Of a stretch of DNA of 64,000 nt, positions 1 through 13,100 are shown one piece after another (position 1 is the first letter of the stretch; each line of letters starts with the position of its first letter). This DNA is from Antedon mediterranea (lineage: Eukaryota > Animalia > Echinodermata): the NCBI RefSeq assembly GCF_964355755.1, contig NC_092678.1, positions 25,003,365 to 25,067,364 on the forward strand, given 5' to 3'. The notes beneath the pieces are model-generated. The model was given only the letters and a program-made list of their open reading frames with translations, was not told the origin of the DNA and searched no databases. A program made the position numbers and the translations under genes.

Positions 1-144
1 AGATGACAGTACTCAAAGCTGAGCATTACCCGTTGCGCCAGAAAGTACATGCCTTAACAGCTGATAATAGTCTATTTATACGTGACATTACGTAATTTAG
101 CATTACGTCATAATATGCTTATTAACCTTGTCAAAATCAAGATT

Positions 145-390
145 TCCGGTTAGCTCAGGCAACTGAGCGTCGTGTTAACACACGATTGTCGTGGGTTCGA
201 TTCCCATGCCGGGCGGTGGAATAGAGTTAAAGCTATGCGAGCTACTGTGTTTGGGGTTCACAGTTAATACGTCCCCCTTTCCACCACACATCATGAGGCG
301 GTAACATCAATGCATCTGGTGATGTGGTGGAAACGACCCCAAAAGGCTGTGGCAGGGCCTTAGTGCTGAGGCAGGGAGAGCACATTTAAC
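145..390 (+). mobile_element. tRNA-derived SINE (tRNA-like head at 145-214)
   Basis: A-box TAGCTCAG, D-stem GCTC/GAGC, T-arm GTGGG-TTCGATT-CCCAT (B-box) and acceptor-like TCCGGT/GCCGGG. The anticodon loop is irregular and a GC-richer body follows, so a SINE is more likely than a functional tRNA. The 3' boundary is approximate. Confidence 0.6.
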
Positions 391-441
391 ATCTTTTTTT
401 TTCCTCTCGCTTTGTACGCCACCGGTTTTGATCTCGTTTAG

Positions 442-3400
442 CGCCCTCAATCCCGCGTTATAATGTCAGAAAATGTAGAACATTTTTAAAGAGGTCAACC
501 ACCTTCGAAGTTGGATTATTCCGCCGTCAGGCTACAGGGTGTGCATATGAGGTTTTTTAAGTAGAGTTTCTGAGTGCTGTCATGTTATATTACTTATTTT
601 TATTTAGCTGCATTTTTGTTTTCTTAATTAGACGAATAAGTTATACGTTTTATTTTAAATAAATCAAAAACAACAAGTTAATTGTTATTTTTAGATGTAT
701 CTGTGTTGATCCAATAGACGGAACTAAGACAGCTAATCGTCCACCGTTTTGTCGTAAGTATTTAAAAAATAGTTTGTTAAAGACATCCTTTTTTCTATTG
801 TTCAAATTTGATTATGTTTATTGACCAATTACCGTGTAACTAAAGCTTGGTTCCCACTAGCGACACAACGCAAGACGTAACGTAAGTGATTTGACCAATC
901 ACAAGCGATGGATTCTTCGAACAGTGGCTTGTCATTGGTCAACTCGCTTGCGTTGCGCGTACGTACTACTTGCATTCGTCGCTAGTGGGAACCAGGGCGG
1001 CCTTTTATTGAATACTGTAAACACAGATATAAATATATCTTCTTCTTTTATTCATTACAGATTCGATAGAATTGCCAACAAATCAGTAAGTAAAACACTA
1101 TTTTTCAATTTCGACAACCAAAAAAGTTCTCGTTATGGAATATAGTGAACTGTGGCAATCAATTTCTCTCAGTTCACTGTGTAATTTGCATATTTATTCA
1201 CACAGGTGTTCGGCAGAAATTGAAATGACGAAACGACGTGTGCAAGAGTCAGCCGATCCGTGGGCCCTAAATGGCATCAGTTATTTCCCGCCAAAATGTG
1301 ATTCCAAGGGTAATTACGTCTCCCTTCAATGTCGAGAGTCGTTATAGTAAGTGTTGTAGTATTTTGTATGGACTAATTTCCCTTAAGTAACTTTTTCTGC
1401 ATTTTTTACCAACATGTTCAGATTATAGGCCTACAATCATACATGTGAAGCTCCACTGATAGTGGAACACCGCTTTTACTAGAGCTTGGTTATTAACACT
1501 ATTACGTATGACAATGACGTAGGCGCAACGCAAGCAAGTTGTCCAATCACAGGTGAAGGTTTGGATAATCACGCTATGATTGGTAAAATGCTTGCGGCGC
1601 GCTTACGTCATTGCGTTGCGTCCTAGTAGAAACAAAACTTTATCGGTTATTAATATTATAACATTTTCGAAATATATTTTTTTGTACTTACTTATTATTC
1701 ACTACCAATGTACTGTAGCTGGTAATTTAGTGTTTATACCAATATAATCTAATCTAATTTGTTTGCATTTAGTCCTTTCTGTAGATGTGTGGATAAAAAG
1801 TTTGGAAATCTTACCAACACCATAGCACCCGATTGTGGTAAGATTTATTATTTATATACTGTAATTTATTTTAACAAATAGTATTCGTAAGACTTGCCAA
1901 TTTTCTTTTCCAAATAATTCACATTTTCTCACTCTTACCACCTCCTGATTTAAACAACGCGCACAGTAGGCTGCTAAAACCTGGATAATGCGCACACGCA
2001 GTACGTACGCGCAACGCAACGCAAGTTGACCAATCACAAGTTGTGATGATAATGTTTTCATTTATTAGACACTCAGATAGAACCGTCACCGACTCCAGTT
2101 GTTGCTCAAAGCGAAGTTATAAATCGAGAGCTTCGTTGTCCTCGATTCAGATGTAACATTCTCTGTCGGTTTGGATACAACATGGGTGCAGATAACTGTC
2201 CAACCTGCACGTGTAAAAGAGGTGTGTATTCATACTCAATTTACCCTATCATTAATTTATCATGTGCTGGGTAAAACCTAAAGGAGAAGGCCTACATTTT
2301 GAATTAAATCATATTATCAATTCAAATGTTATTTAGTTTCACTAGAGTACATAGTCTATTTTTGTAATTTTATTTTTGTTATATTGTTTGATTGGAGTTG
2401 GGGAAACTAGTCCTTTGGCAATAGTTGTCTTTGACATCTCTTGTCTTTCCTCAGTGCTCCCTTTTTTATGTATCATCACTGAAAGGATTAGATAAAATAA
2501 ATCTACTGTATATAATACAGACCCCTTTCGGGCCCAACGAAGTGTACCCTCTAGTGATTATAATTTATTAACACGTAGGTTTTTGTTTCCACAGCTCAAC
2601 CGGGTGAAAAAACGGATATTGAACGGTTTGTGTTGAATTTATGGTTTTTTTAAAATTGATTCTGATGATGTCATTTCTATAAAAAAGGTGTAATGTATGT
2701 AAAAAAAGCAAATTTTAGTAACTAGACTTGTTTGTGTTTGTAGATGTTTTGCTGAATCTGATCGTCTTGGTCGAGAAATTGTAGAAATGATGAAAAATGG
2801 CCAGCCATCAATTCCATTTCCAGAACTACCTGTTTGTGATAGCAATGGTAACTACGTTAAACGACAGTGTACGCAGTTACACGGGTAAGTTGTTCACTAT
2901 GGACTCGCAACGACCAATGACAAGCGACGGTTCGAATAATTCATCGCTTGTGATTGGTCAAATCACTTACTTTGCGCCTGCGGCGTTGCGTCTCTAGTGA
3001 GAACCAAGCATAGTTATTGCTGACCAACTTACCAAAGTTAGCAGTAATTAGCCCAACTTACCTGGGTAAGTAACTACGCCTGAATGGGGTCTCTATGTTA
3101 TTGATTGTCGGCAAACAATATTACTCAACGTCAATGTTTCGTTTTCACGACGCTTTACGCGCATTGATTGTGAAAAGCCCTTTACTCATCTTCATTTTCA
3201 TCCATCAATCTTCCTTTCGCCTGTTTTGTATATATTACATTTTCTCTTTCTAGTTGTTATTGTGTAGATCCAGTCACTGGCAGGCCATCTGGATTCATGA
3301 CTCCTGAATGTGGTAAGCTAGTTCTATCTGCTACTTTTATTCTTATATATTCCGTATCTTTATTCAATTATATAATAAGCATATCCATATCCATATCCGG

Positions 3401-5997
3401 CAGAAAAACGCTGAATTGAAGTATTTTTACAAAAATGATAATTGTTATAGTTATTATTACTACTTTCCTTACTATTTAAATATCCTCGTAGTTCATCGCG
3501 TTATACTTACTATTTTATATGACCTCTTCTGCTGCAAAATCTTGTCATTGTTCTAACTCTAACTACGGAGGAGGAAGAACTTAATCCTCTATACTCTCAC
3601 ACAATCTAAACTTCTCTTTGCTCTAACTTCTCACTACGGAGGAAGAAGAACTTAATCCTCTATACTCTCACACAATCTAAACTTCTTGCTCTAACTTCTC
3701 ACTACGGAGGAGGAAGAACTTAATCCTCTATACTCTCACACAATCTAAACTTCTCTTTGTTCTAACTTCTCACTACGGAGGAGGAAGAACTTAATCCTCT
3801 ATACTCTCACACAATCTAAACTTCTCTTTGCTCTCTATTTTCTTCATCTTGTCGTAATTTTCCACAATCATTGTTGATTATCACTCACCAGTGTGGTGGC
3901 AGAGTCTCACACAAGGTTAGGTTTAGTTTTATTTCTTTCTTCTGTCTCCTGTTTAAGAAATGTATTTTGTTTTATTTGTCTTTACATTTTTTTAAATATA
4001 GCTGAGTATAAGCCATGCGTAAAGAAGCGAATACAGTCCATAACTGAAATACTAACGAATGCTAATTCTGTAAAATCTGCCAAGAAATTATCCAAATTAC
4101 TCGAGAAGGACATGGCTAACAACTTACTACAAATAAAGAAACTGACAACGACCGCAGACAAGGACCTTCTAGCGCAAACCTACGTTGAGGAGTGTACGCA
4201 GTTTGGAGACTTTAATGGAACTCAGTGCGACCCTAATAGGGGTTGCTGGTGCGTTGATATCGATGGTCAGAACGTTGTAGGAAATCGTCGTACTGGTGTG
4301 CCTTCGTCCGAATGCTATGGTGATCAACGCCAAAGTAAGTACAGTATTTTATAAGTCAATAATAATTAACGTAATTAGGCTTGAAATAAATGCCTGATTA
4401 TTTTTATTAATTAAACAAATTCAACAAAACATTGTGATTTATGTAAAATGTCATTAGGTTTCAACTAGGACGCAGACGCAACCTAAGCGTGTTGATGAAT
4501 GACAACCGACAGTGAGAATAATCCATCGCTTGTGATTGGTCAAATTGCTTGCGCGTTGCGTCCTAGTGGGAACCAAGCTTTATGCTGCAGGCCTCTTTTA
4601 ATCGATTATTTCTTACAGATGCTCAAATCCCAATGGTAGTGAATGATCTGTATGATCATTGGCTTGATGTAAACATCACTTACCCATTCTACTGCACCAT
4701 ATCACACGTCACAGAGGAAGAGGACAGATATTACTATTGGACGAAGAATGGGGTACCAATTAACCCGAACACTCACCCACGACTGACGACAGAGGTGGTG
4801 TTTTACGACTTTCTACAGCAAGCTAGTATGATGATGACGATACGTAACGTGTCGCAAGATGATGATGGTATATATCGATGTGAGATGGTCGACGGATCAA
4901 GGGATTTCCATTTGAGCTCTACACCTGTTCGCTTCCACGTTCTGAGTAAGTTAGTTGGATGGTTGACATTAATGTTTACCGTCTGAAAGGTACACACAGG
5001 TGGTCACTTTCTTATACATTACTTATTATAATAGTGGGCCTAATCGAGGTTTAGGCCTACCAAATATATTTAATTTTTTTCCACAATACTTGCGTAAACA
5101 TATTCCTTGTTCGTTCTATCTACTTTCTACGTAACATTCAAAACATTATTTCAATCATTTTTAGCATACGAAGAAATCCGTGCCCAGGCTCCACCTCTTC
5201 CTGTCCCGTGCAACATGACGGGATGTCCCAACTACTGCAAATATGGATACCGACTGGATCTTAACAACTGCCCAACGTGTGCCTGTAAGTCATTCACTGG
5301 TAAGTGGCATGTTTTCATGTTTTAAAGTCCCATTCTGTAGTCGTCCCAGTCTGGCGCCCCAGTATGTCGTCGTCCCAGTCTGTCGTTCCAGTCGACCTAC
5401 TCTGTCGTCCCAGTCTGTCGACCTACTCTATCGTCCCAATCTGTAGTCCCAATCTGTCTACCTACTCTATCGTCTCATGAAGTTAACAACACTCTGGACG
5501 TCCATTGTACATCTCTGTTGTATTTATAACCGCCAAACTGACTGATAAAATCATTCCACAAATAAAAAAAAAAAGATTTTTTTACATTTGCAGAGGCAGA
5601 ACAAATGGTTGTCTTTTATAACATGATTACCGAGCGAACGAATATTTTTGGTTCCAAAGGCGGAAGGTAAAATTAAGAAGTTATTTTAAACGGCCTACCA
5701 AATCATTTTGTTGTTGTTTTCGATTTGATCAAAATTGTTTGTCTTTTAGATGTCAGATGGAAAGAGCGAGCGCTCTGGAGGTAATACGCAACGCGAATCT
5801 CACGTCACAATCAACTGAATCATTCTACGCGCCCGTCAGACTTCACGCGCCTCCCTTGTGTGACGATGATGGCAACTACGAACAGGTTCAGTGTCGGGAA
5901 TATGTTGGGTAAGTTTTTAAACGCAAACCAGTACAGTAATATGTGTTTTAAGCTGGTCGTGTTAGTGTTTTGATGGTCACTCCATCAGAATATAATC

Positions 5998-6032
<35 letters not shown>

Positions 6033-8563
6033 TTTCCGTTGAATTATTTCTTATTTATTTTCTTGCTTTAGATGTTTCTGTGTCAATGTGTTCACTGGGG
6101 AGCCGTCTGGTCGAAAAGCACCAGAATGCAGTAAGTATAAATACTTTTCAATGTTGATTAGAATATTTATACAAGGTGTGATTTGTAAGAGGAAATAGTA
6201 TTTCATGAACCAGCATTGTTTATATTTTTGTATCGGTTCCGATATGCGTGTATTGCAACCTAAATGCATAGAAATATACATAAGTAAGACATCATATATT
6301 GTTTATTTACAGTATAGTTGTTGTTGTTTATTTACAGTATAGTTGTTGTTGTTTATTTACAGTATAGTTGTTTATTGTTTATTTACAGTATAGTTGTTGT
6401 TGTTTATTTACAGTATAGTTGTTGTTGTTTATTTACAGTATAGTTGTTGTTGTTTATTTACAGTATAGTTGTTGTTGTTTATTTACAGTATAGTTGTTGT
6501 TGTTTATTTACAGTATAGTTGTTTATTGTTTATTTACAGTATAGTTGTTGTTGTTTATTTACAGTATAGTTGTTTATTGTTTATTTACAGTATAGTTGTT
6601 GTTGTTTATTTACAGTATAGTTGTTGTTGTTTATTTACAGTATAGTTGTTTATTGTTTATTTACAGTATAGTTGTTGTTGTTTATTTACAGTATAGTTGT
6701 TGTTGTTTATTTACAGTATAGTTGTTGTTGTTTATTTACAGTATAGTTGTTGTTGTTTATTTACAGTATAGTTGTTTATTGTTTATTTACAGTATAGTTG
6801 TTGTTGTTTATTTACAGTATAGTTGTTGTTGTTTATTTACAGTATAGTTGTTGTTGTTTATTTACAGTATAGTTGTTGTTGTTTATTTACAGTATAGTTG
6901 TTGTTGTTTATTTACAGTATAGTTGTTGTTGTTTATTTACAGTATAGTTGTTGTTGTTTATTTACAGTATAGTTGTTGTTGTTTATTTACAGTATAGTTG
7001 TTGTTGTTTATTTACAGTATAGTTGTTGTTGTTTATTTACAGTATAGTTGTTGTTGTTTATTTACAGTATAGTTGTTGTTGTTTATTTACAGTATAGTTG
7101 TTGTTGTTTATTTACAGTATAGTTGTTGTTGTTTATTTACAGTATAGTTGTTTATTGTTTATTTACAGTATAGTTGTTGTTGTTTATTTACAGTATAGTT
7201 GTTGTTGTTTATTTACAGTATAGTTGTTGTTGTTTATTTACAGTATAGTTGTTGTTGTTTATTTACAGTATAGTTGTTGTTGTTTATTTACAGTATAGTT
7301 GTTGTTGTTTATTTACAGTATAGTTGTTGTTGTTTATTTACAGTATAGTTGTTTATTGTTTATTTACAGTATAGTTGTTGTTGTTTATTTACAGTATAGT
7401 TGTTGTTGTTTATTTACAGTATAGTTGTTGTTGTTTATTTACAGTATAGTTGTTTATTGTTTATTTACAGTATAGTTGTTGTTGTTTATTTACAGTATAG
7501 TTGTTTATTGTTTATTTACAGTATAGTTGTTTATTGTTTATTTACATTATAGTTGTTGTTGTTTATTTACAGTATAGTTGTTGTTGTTTATTTACAGTAT
7601 AGTTGTTGTTGTTTATTTACAGTATAGTTGTTTATTGTTTGTTTTAGCAAAACTCCGTAAGTGTATCAACCAACAAATAGATTCTATGTTACACATAGTC
7701 GGACGTTTAAGTGACCAAAAGAAAGCCAGAAAAAAGGCAGTGTCCATCAAAACTGAGGCGACGGTATCCTCAATACGGTCAGAACTCTTTAAAGTGGCCA
7801 TGGATAAACTACCGGAGAAGTTCGCAAACGAAGACTCCGACTACCCCGTCCCTAACTGTGAGGGACACGGGGAATACATCCCTCAAATATGTAGCTTGTA
7901 TCTTGGCGAATGCTGGTGTGTTGATAGCTACGGGGATGAACTACCAGGAACCAGGGTTAGAGAAGGCGAACCATTGATCAACTGCTTTCAAGATTTTGGA
8001 GGTAAGAATTTGACTTAATTCTGTCTTTAGACTTGCTTTAAGTCTGTAGTTATTTCGCCATATGTGCCAAAATATTTATCTTTTTACTAATATTAAGTTA
8101 AAACTCCGTCTGGAACCTTCTGTCTTGTCATTATTGTTTTGTGTTAACTTCATCTATCATTAATTTACGTTTAAACAACTAATCCATTCTAATAATGATT
8201 ACGTCATTTTTATTTTTAGTAATATCTGGTCCATCCATACAAACACCTAACAATACGTTCGACGCAGTAGAAGTAAGCGTACGCACGGGGGACAGCGCCA
8301 CCTTGCCTTGCAGAGTTTCAAGCAAAACCCCAGATACGTATGTGCAATGGAGTGTGCGCTCAATATCCTTGGACGTGTGGATGCTGGTCGATTCACGTTA
8401 TACCATAATTGGAGACCACGTGACGGATTTTTCTCTTAAAATAAATGACGTCACCGGAATGGACTCTGGTTATTATTCGTGTAATGTTTATAGCACGTCA
8501 CGTCAGTTCCGTTCATACACAAGTCGTAGATCGGCAGGAGTCATGTTGAACGTTTTAGTGTGA
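442..8563 (+). CDS. Gene A (5'-partial): secreted mosaic protein with TY, antistasin and Ig domains; paralog of genes B and C
   Basis: Frame-consistent GT-AG exons: 442-538 (tentative), 695-753, 1061-1085, 1206-1346, 1773-1837, 2069-2221, 2595-2625, 2744-2884, 3254-3312, 4002-4334, 4619-4945, 5165-5299, 5594-5666, 5750-5908, 6072-6130, 7648-8001, 8220-8563 (TGA). TY motifs PxCxxxGxY..QC and CWCVD; antistasin motif CxxxCxxGYxxxxxxCPTCxC; Ig motif WxxxG...DxGxYxC. Confidence 0.88.
844..996. mobile_element. MITE family 1 (TIR AGCTTGGTTCCCACTAG)
   Basis: Palindromic ~150-180 bp element with internal GACCAATCACAAGCGA. Other copies or fragments at about 1483-1640, 2890-3010, 4455-4580, 12960-13120, 23955-24110, 24650-24768, 26255-26434, 27681-27953, 28975-29139, 36999-37122. 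Confidence 0.85.
3551..3835. repeat. Tandem repeat, ~70-72 bp x4
   Basis: CTACGGAGGAGGAAGAACTTAATCCTCTATACTCTCACACAATCTAAACTTC repeated. Confidence 0.9.
4002..4334 (+). CDS. Gene A exon: single-exon TY domain with long helical insert
   Basis: AG acceptor at 4000-4001, GT donor at 4335; translation EYKPCVKKR...VEECTQFGDFNGTQCDPNRGCWCVDIDG...SEC. Confidence 0.9.
4619..4945 (+). CDS. Gene A exon: Ig-like domain
   Basis: FYCTI...YYWTKNG...IRNVSQDDDGIYRCE; phase 1-1 exon. Confidence 0.9.
6300..7640. repeat. 25-bp minisatellite (about 50 copies) in a gene A intron
   Basis: Unit GTTTATTTACAGTATAGTTGTTGTT with a 26-bp variant; runs up to the acceptor of exon 7648. Confidence 0.97.
7648..8001 (+). 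CDS. Gene A exon: second long-insert TY domain
   Basis: KCINQQ...VPNCEGHGEYIPQICSLYLGECWCVDSYG...INC. Confidence 0.9.
8220..8563 (+). CDS. Gene A terminal exon: V-like Ig domain
   Basis: GDSATLPC...VQW...DFSLKINDVTGMDSGYYSC, then TGA; no hydrophobic transmembrane segment. Confidence 0.9.
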
Positions 8564-10103
8564 ACACAAACTATACTATCAAATCGTGTAAACGCAACTA
8601 ATATATTAAAATGTAATCGTATAAACAAATTAATTTAATTGCAAACCATACATTTATAATTAAAGAGTTGTAAGCTCGCGCGCGCGTGCGTGTGTCATTA
8701 TGCCAATTGATGATTACCATATTATTGTAATGTTGTAAGTAAATTGAAAAATTGAAAATATTCCCACATTTTAATCTAATATTAACCAAAGTTACCATAG
8801 GTTAAGACGTAATTAAAGGTAATCAGAGAATATCTCTTTTTCCCCTAAGCAATGTCATGGATACAGTAGGCCAGCTATAGCCTTAACAAAATAGAGGAAT
8901 CCGTAAGCCTAAAGCTAGCTCTGTCTACTCTACACTATCAAGCTATATGTGAGAAAAAACATGTGATGTGTCCAAGTAGGCCAAAGGCAGAGATATGACG
9001 TCATCTTGTCCATATATGAGCATTGGTATTTTTTTCATCACAAAGATTGACAGTGCAGACAGAGCTTTAGTGGAATGTTAGAACAACAATTTGAGAAACA
9101 CACTATGATCGTAAGTTTGTATAGTACTTTATCCCATGTGTAAATTCAATTAAACTTTTCGAAAAGAATGAGTACTGTATTTGATTGTTGTGTATTATGT
9201 GTACTTAGGTCACTTAGTGTCATCGCCGCCATCCATCTTGTACCTTGTGTACCTCCGCCAATGTATATGCAGTCGAGCGCGTATTCTCGTTTGTCTGTTT
9301 GTTAGCAGGATTAGGCCTACTCAAAAAGTGAGTGAAAGATCTTTACCAAAATGTAAATACAGATAGATATGTGGTCAAGGACCACTCCATTTAATTTTCG
9401 AGGCAATCCGACCAGCGTGTCCCAATTCTGGACCAGTTGAGTTGGTGTTAAAATTGGAGAGAATCAAAAGCCGGTGAGCAGTCGATCTTAATTAAAGTAA
9501 CAAGTAAACTGAAATTGCATTTTCCCGAGAAAAAACTTCATTTTTGTACAAGAGGCAAGGGTTATAATTTGTGATTTGTAATTTTGAAACATAATTTGAT
9601 TGGTTTTTGGATACGAGTAGTTAAAAAAACCCTATTTCTTTTCAAATTCACCCGTTTGTTTTTGGCGTTGCTGTTCTATTGTTAGTCAACTGAAACTATT
9701 GTTAGTTGAAAGGCTGGTTACATAACCATTACACCAAATTCACATACACATGGTTGTGGTGAAATTAGCCTAATCACACACAGCTTTAAGACACAAAAAT
9801 AAATATTTTTTCCCAGTAAAATCTTATGTTGGAGAATTTTACATTAGGCGGAAGTATGCACTCTCGGAGTGGCGTTCTAGTGTGTATATGTCATATAACA
9901 GCATTACAAAAAAAAACATGTTTAGCATTTCATACTTCATACATTCAAGCACATTTATTTCATTCATAAAATACAACATAATAAGCTAACTTGAAACCAA
10001 CAAGTTTGTTTGCGCTATCTACTACGCGCGCGTGCATGGTTTGAGCTTTCTGAAACAAATCTGCCAATTGTGGGTCACGCGAGGAGCAGATGGGCTGTTT
10101 CGA

Positions 10104-13100
10104 TTATGACGTAAGACTGACCTCATAAACCAATGAACTACGAACAGAATAATAATTAAACAGAGAACACGTAAATTCACCAACATCCCTTTCCTGAAAA
10201 TCTTTAATTTGGATCGCAAAACTAGTGACTTGGTCTCCGATTAGTTGATATCGCTCATCTATCATCATCATCTGCTCAAGAGTTGCCCCGGAAGGAGTTC
10301 TCCACATTACGTAACTATGAGGTGACCATTCGTCTACGTCACAATCCATCGTTACGTTCTGACCAATACTCACGTCGTCAAGTAAACGATTCGTTCCGGT
10401 ATTCAGCAAGCTGGGTCCGTTCAAGCCACTGACTGGTTCATCTAAAAGGTAGGTAAATTACCGTGTTTAAACAATATTTCTTTTCATTCATTTAATCACA
10501 TTGTGTTTTCGTAGCCTACTAGATGTATAATCTTCAATTTTCATTTTGTTAACTTTACGTTTAAATATTCGTCATAAATATTTAATCATATTCCCTAGTT
10601 TTAAAAACACCATTAAAAATAGTAAAGCTCTTTAAACTTTATGTGAGTGAATGAAGTGCCCATATATGGACATGATGATATCATATCACTACCATATTTG
10701 TGCATATTACTACCATATATGGGCACATCACATTGTCTTGTCACATAAATAATTTGATAGTGTAGATAGAGCTATAGAACTTACCGAAAGTATCGGCACA
10801 GTTTGGCAATTCTTCATCGACTCCAACTCGTGAGCCAGTGATCTCGTTTCCTTCAAAATCCACGCACCAGCACTCTGGCGCAGTACCCTCGGTACATACA
10901 GGGTGCCAGAAGTAATACATACCAGTTATCAAGCTACATCGTGGGGCTGGTGGCAACACCGAAGGGTCTTCATCGGTCTGGGTAGGCAATGTTAGTAGAT
11001 AGTCTTCTAAAAGTGCGTTTCGTTCTGTCGAGACAGTTCTGTCGGACCTAAGGGCGTTTCGTATTGACGCTGCTTCGTATGAATCGTTTGTCATCAGCGT
11101 AATATGCGCTTCTACTGCTAACAATGATTCTTCGGTACATGGTGTCAAATTGGTTGAAAAAAAAAACACATTAAGACAAAAAATGTAACGTCAATTTGTC
11201 CTCCATAAACAAATGCAATCTACAGTTCTTGTACGGAACGGAAGTCGGTTGATTGTCTGATAAAACAAAAATAAAATAAACAAGAATATTTCTTACAAAA
11301 AACGCTGCTCACTTATTGTTATTGCTAAGGTCAAGTCTGGGGGTCACTTCATCATGCCTAGATACTTCAAGTATCCTATTACAAACAAAAACTTCAATGG
11401 ACTGTTTTGATAATAATTCAATGATTATCTGACAGCGAATTATAGTATATCATGGGACTCATAAATACCAGAATGCTTTGGGATTTGTCGTTCAGACTCT
11501 TTTCCCAGCCGTTTTTTGATTCAACAGGTGGTACCAATAAATTATAGTGGAGTTTCCATTTTAACAAAAATGTCAAAGTGTAGTACTATAAAGCTGCTTG
11601 ATTTCATCTAATGAATGAGTCAACTCGTGTGACGTAGCGGGCTAGAGCAGCAGCGTGAAAACTTTGGATATTACAGTTTTTTTTATATATATGGTGAAGA
11701 ATAATAAGTCTTACTGCAATCCGGCACAAGTCGACCTGTCGGCAACCCACTATTCTTGTCAACACAAATCGTTCTGTAGTAGTGTAAATAAAATGGAAAC
11801 CCCTTAAACAACTTACGTAACTGAAGATAGTTAATGGGTATTGTTCGAATTCACTTGGCTAGCCAACATACGTTTTACTGACGAAATATTCAATATAATC
11901 GTTATGATGTTGTTATAATTTAAACGTTACTAAACTTACCCAGAACGCGGCAAATTTTGCACCAATTCGTAATTACCGTCTGCGTCGCATTTCGGGATAG
12001 CTTCATTGTCAACATTAACCGTCGCACCCAGGTAACTAAGATCAAATTCTAACAGTTTCTTTTTTATATTCTGACGTTCCGCTTCGCATCTGTAAGGTTA
12101 TAGAGATTTCAATCTATCAGCACCTTTTATTTTATACATCTTGTCACATACATCGTCATAAGGTTTAATGCAAATAGCGAGCACAACGCATGATGGGAAA
12201 GGTTTGGGATAAACGACGCGTACGTACGTGAATTGTTGTTTGTACGTACGTGTCGTTTGCTTCAAAACCCTTCCCATCATGCATTGTGAAATGACGTTCC
12301 TCGCGAATTCAAGCTATTTGCGATATAAACCTTATTTCATAGTGCTGTATTCGTTTATGTGTAGACTTTAAACTTAGTGATACTGTTAATATATTGCCTA
12401 ATTGCACATTACCTCGGGTTGTTTCTAAACAGTACAATTGTTTCATGCTGCATTTGGTATAGCGCAGTAAATTTTTGGAACTCTGAAAGAAACAATAATA
12501 ACGTTCATTGATTAGAATAAACACACATCTTATTTTCAATCCTCAAAATGAAAAAAATTAATATACTGACGTCATATATTTTGTGTATTTTTGTTTTGTT
12601 TGCGACAAAGCCTAGCCGCTGAGAACTTAAAAGCCACAAGAGGTGTGAATGGGTTTGTGTCCAAGACGATACTCACTTCAAAAAACATTTATTTGTTCAG
12701 CAATGGCGTATTTTTTTAACAGTATAATATATAGGTGTGTACATTTTTTAAATGAAAACATGGAAATAAGCATATATATATTTACCGTATGGTTGAAGGC
12801 ATTCGCAAATTCGACAACCATTTTCAGTCGTTCTATATCCAAGACTACAATAGACGTTGCAAGCGTTTATCAAACATGCGTGTTTTCCAGCGTAAACTAC
12901 GTAAGAAAAAGAAATGGTACGTTAATGTTGAGCATTGGAATCAGTATCAGTATATAGCTCCGTTCACACCACTAGAACCGTACGCACATCGCAAAGATGT
13001 AAGCCCATTGTAAATTTGACCAATCACGACGCGATAGATTATCCGAACGGGTGTGATTGGTCAACTCAGTTTGTGTTGCGCGCGTACGACATTGCGTTGC

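Noticed and set aside
145-214. Functional tRNA gene (Val-like)
   Set aside because: The anticodon loop is irregular, the D-loop lacks the GG pair and no T-run terminator follows, so a SINE head fits better. tRNAscan-SE would decide.
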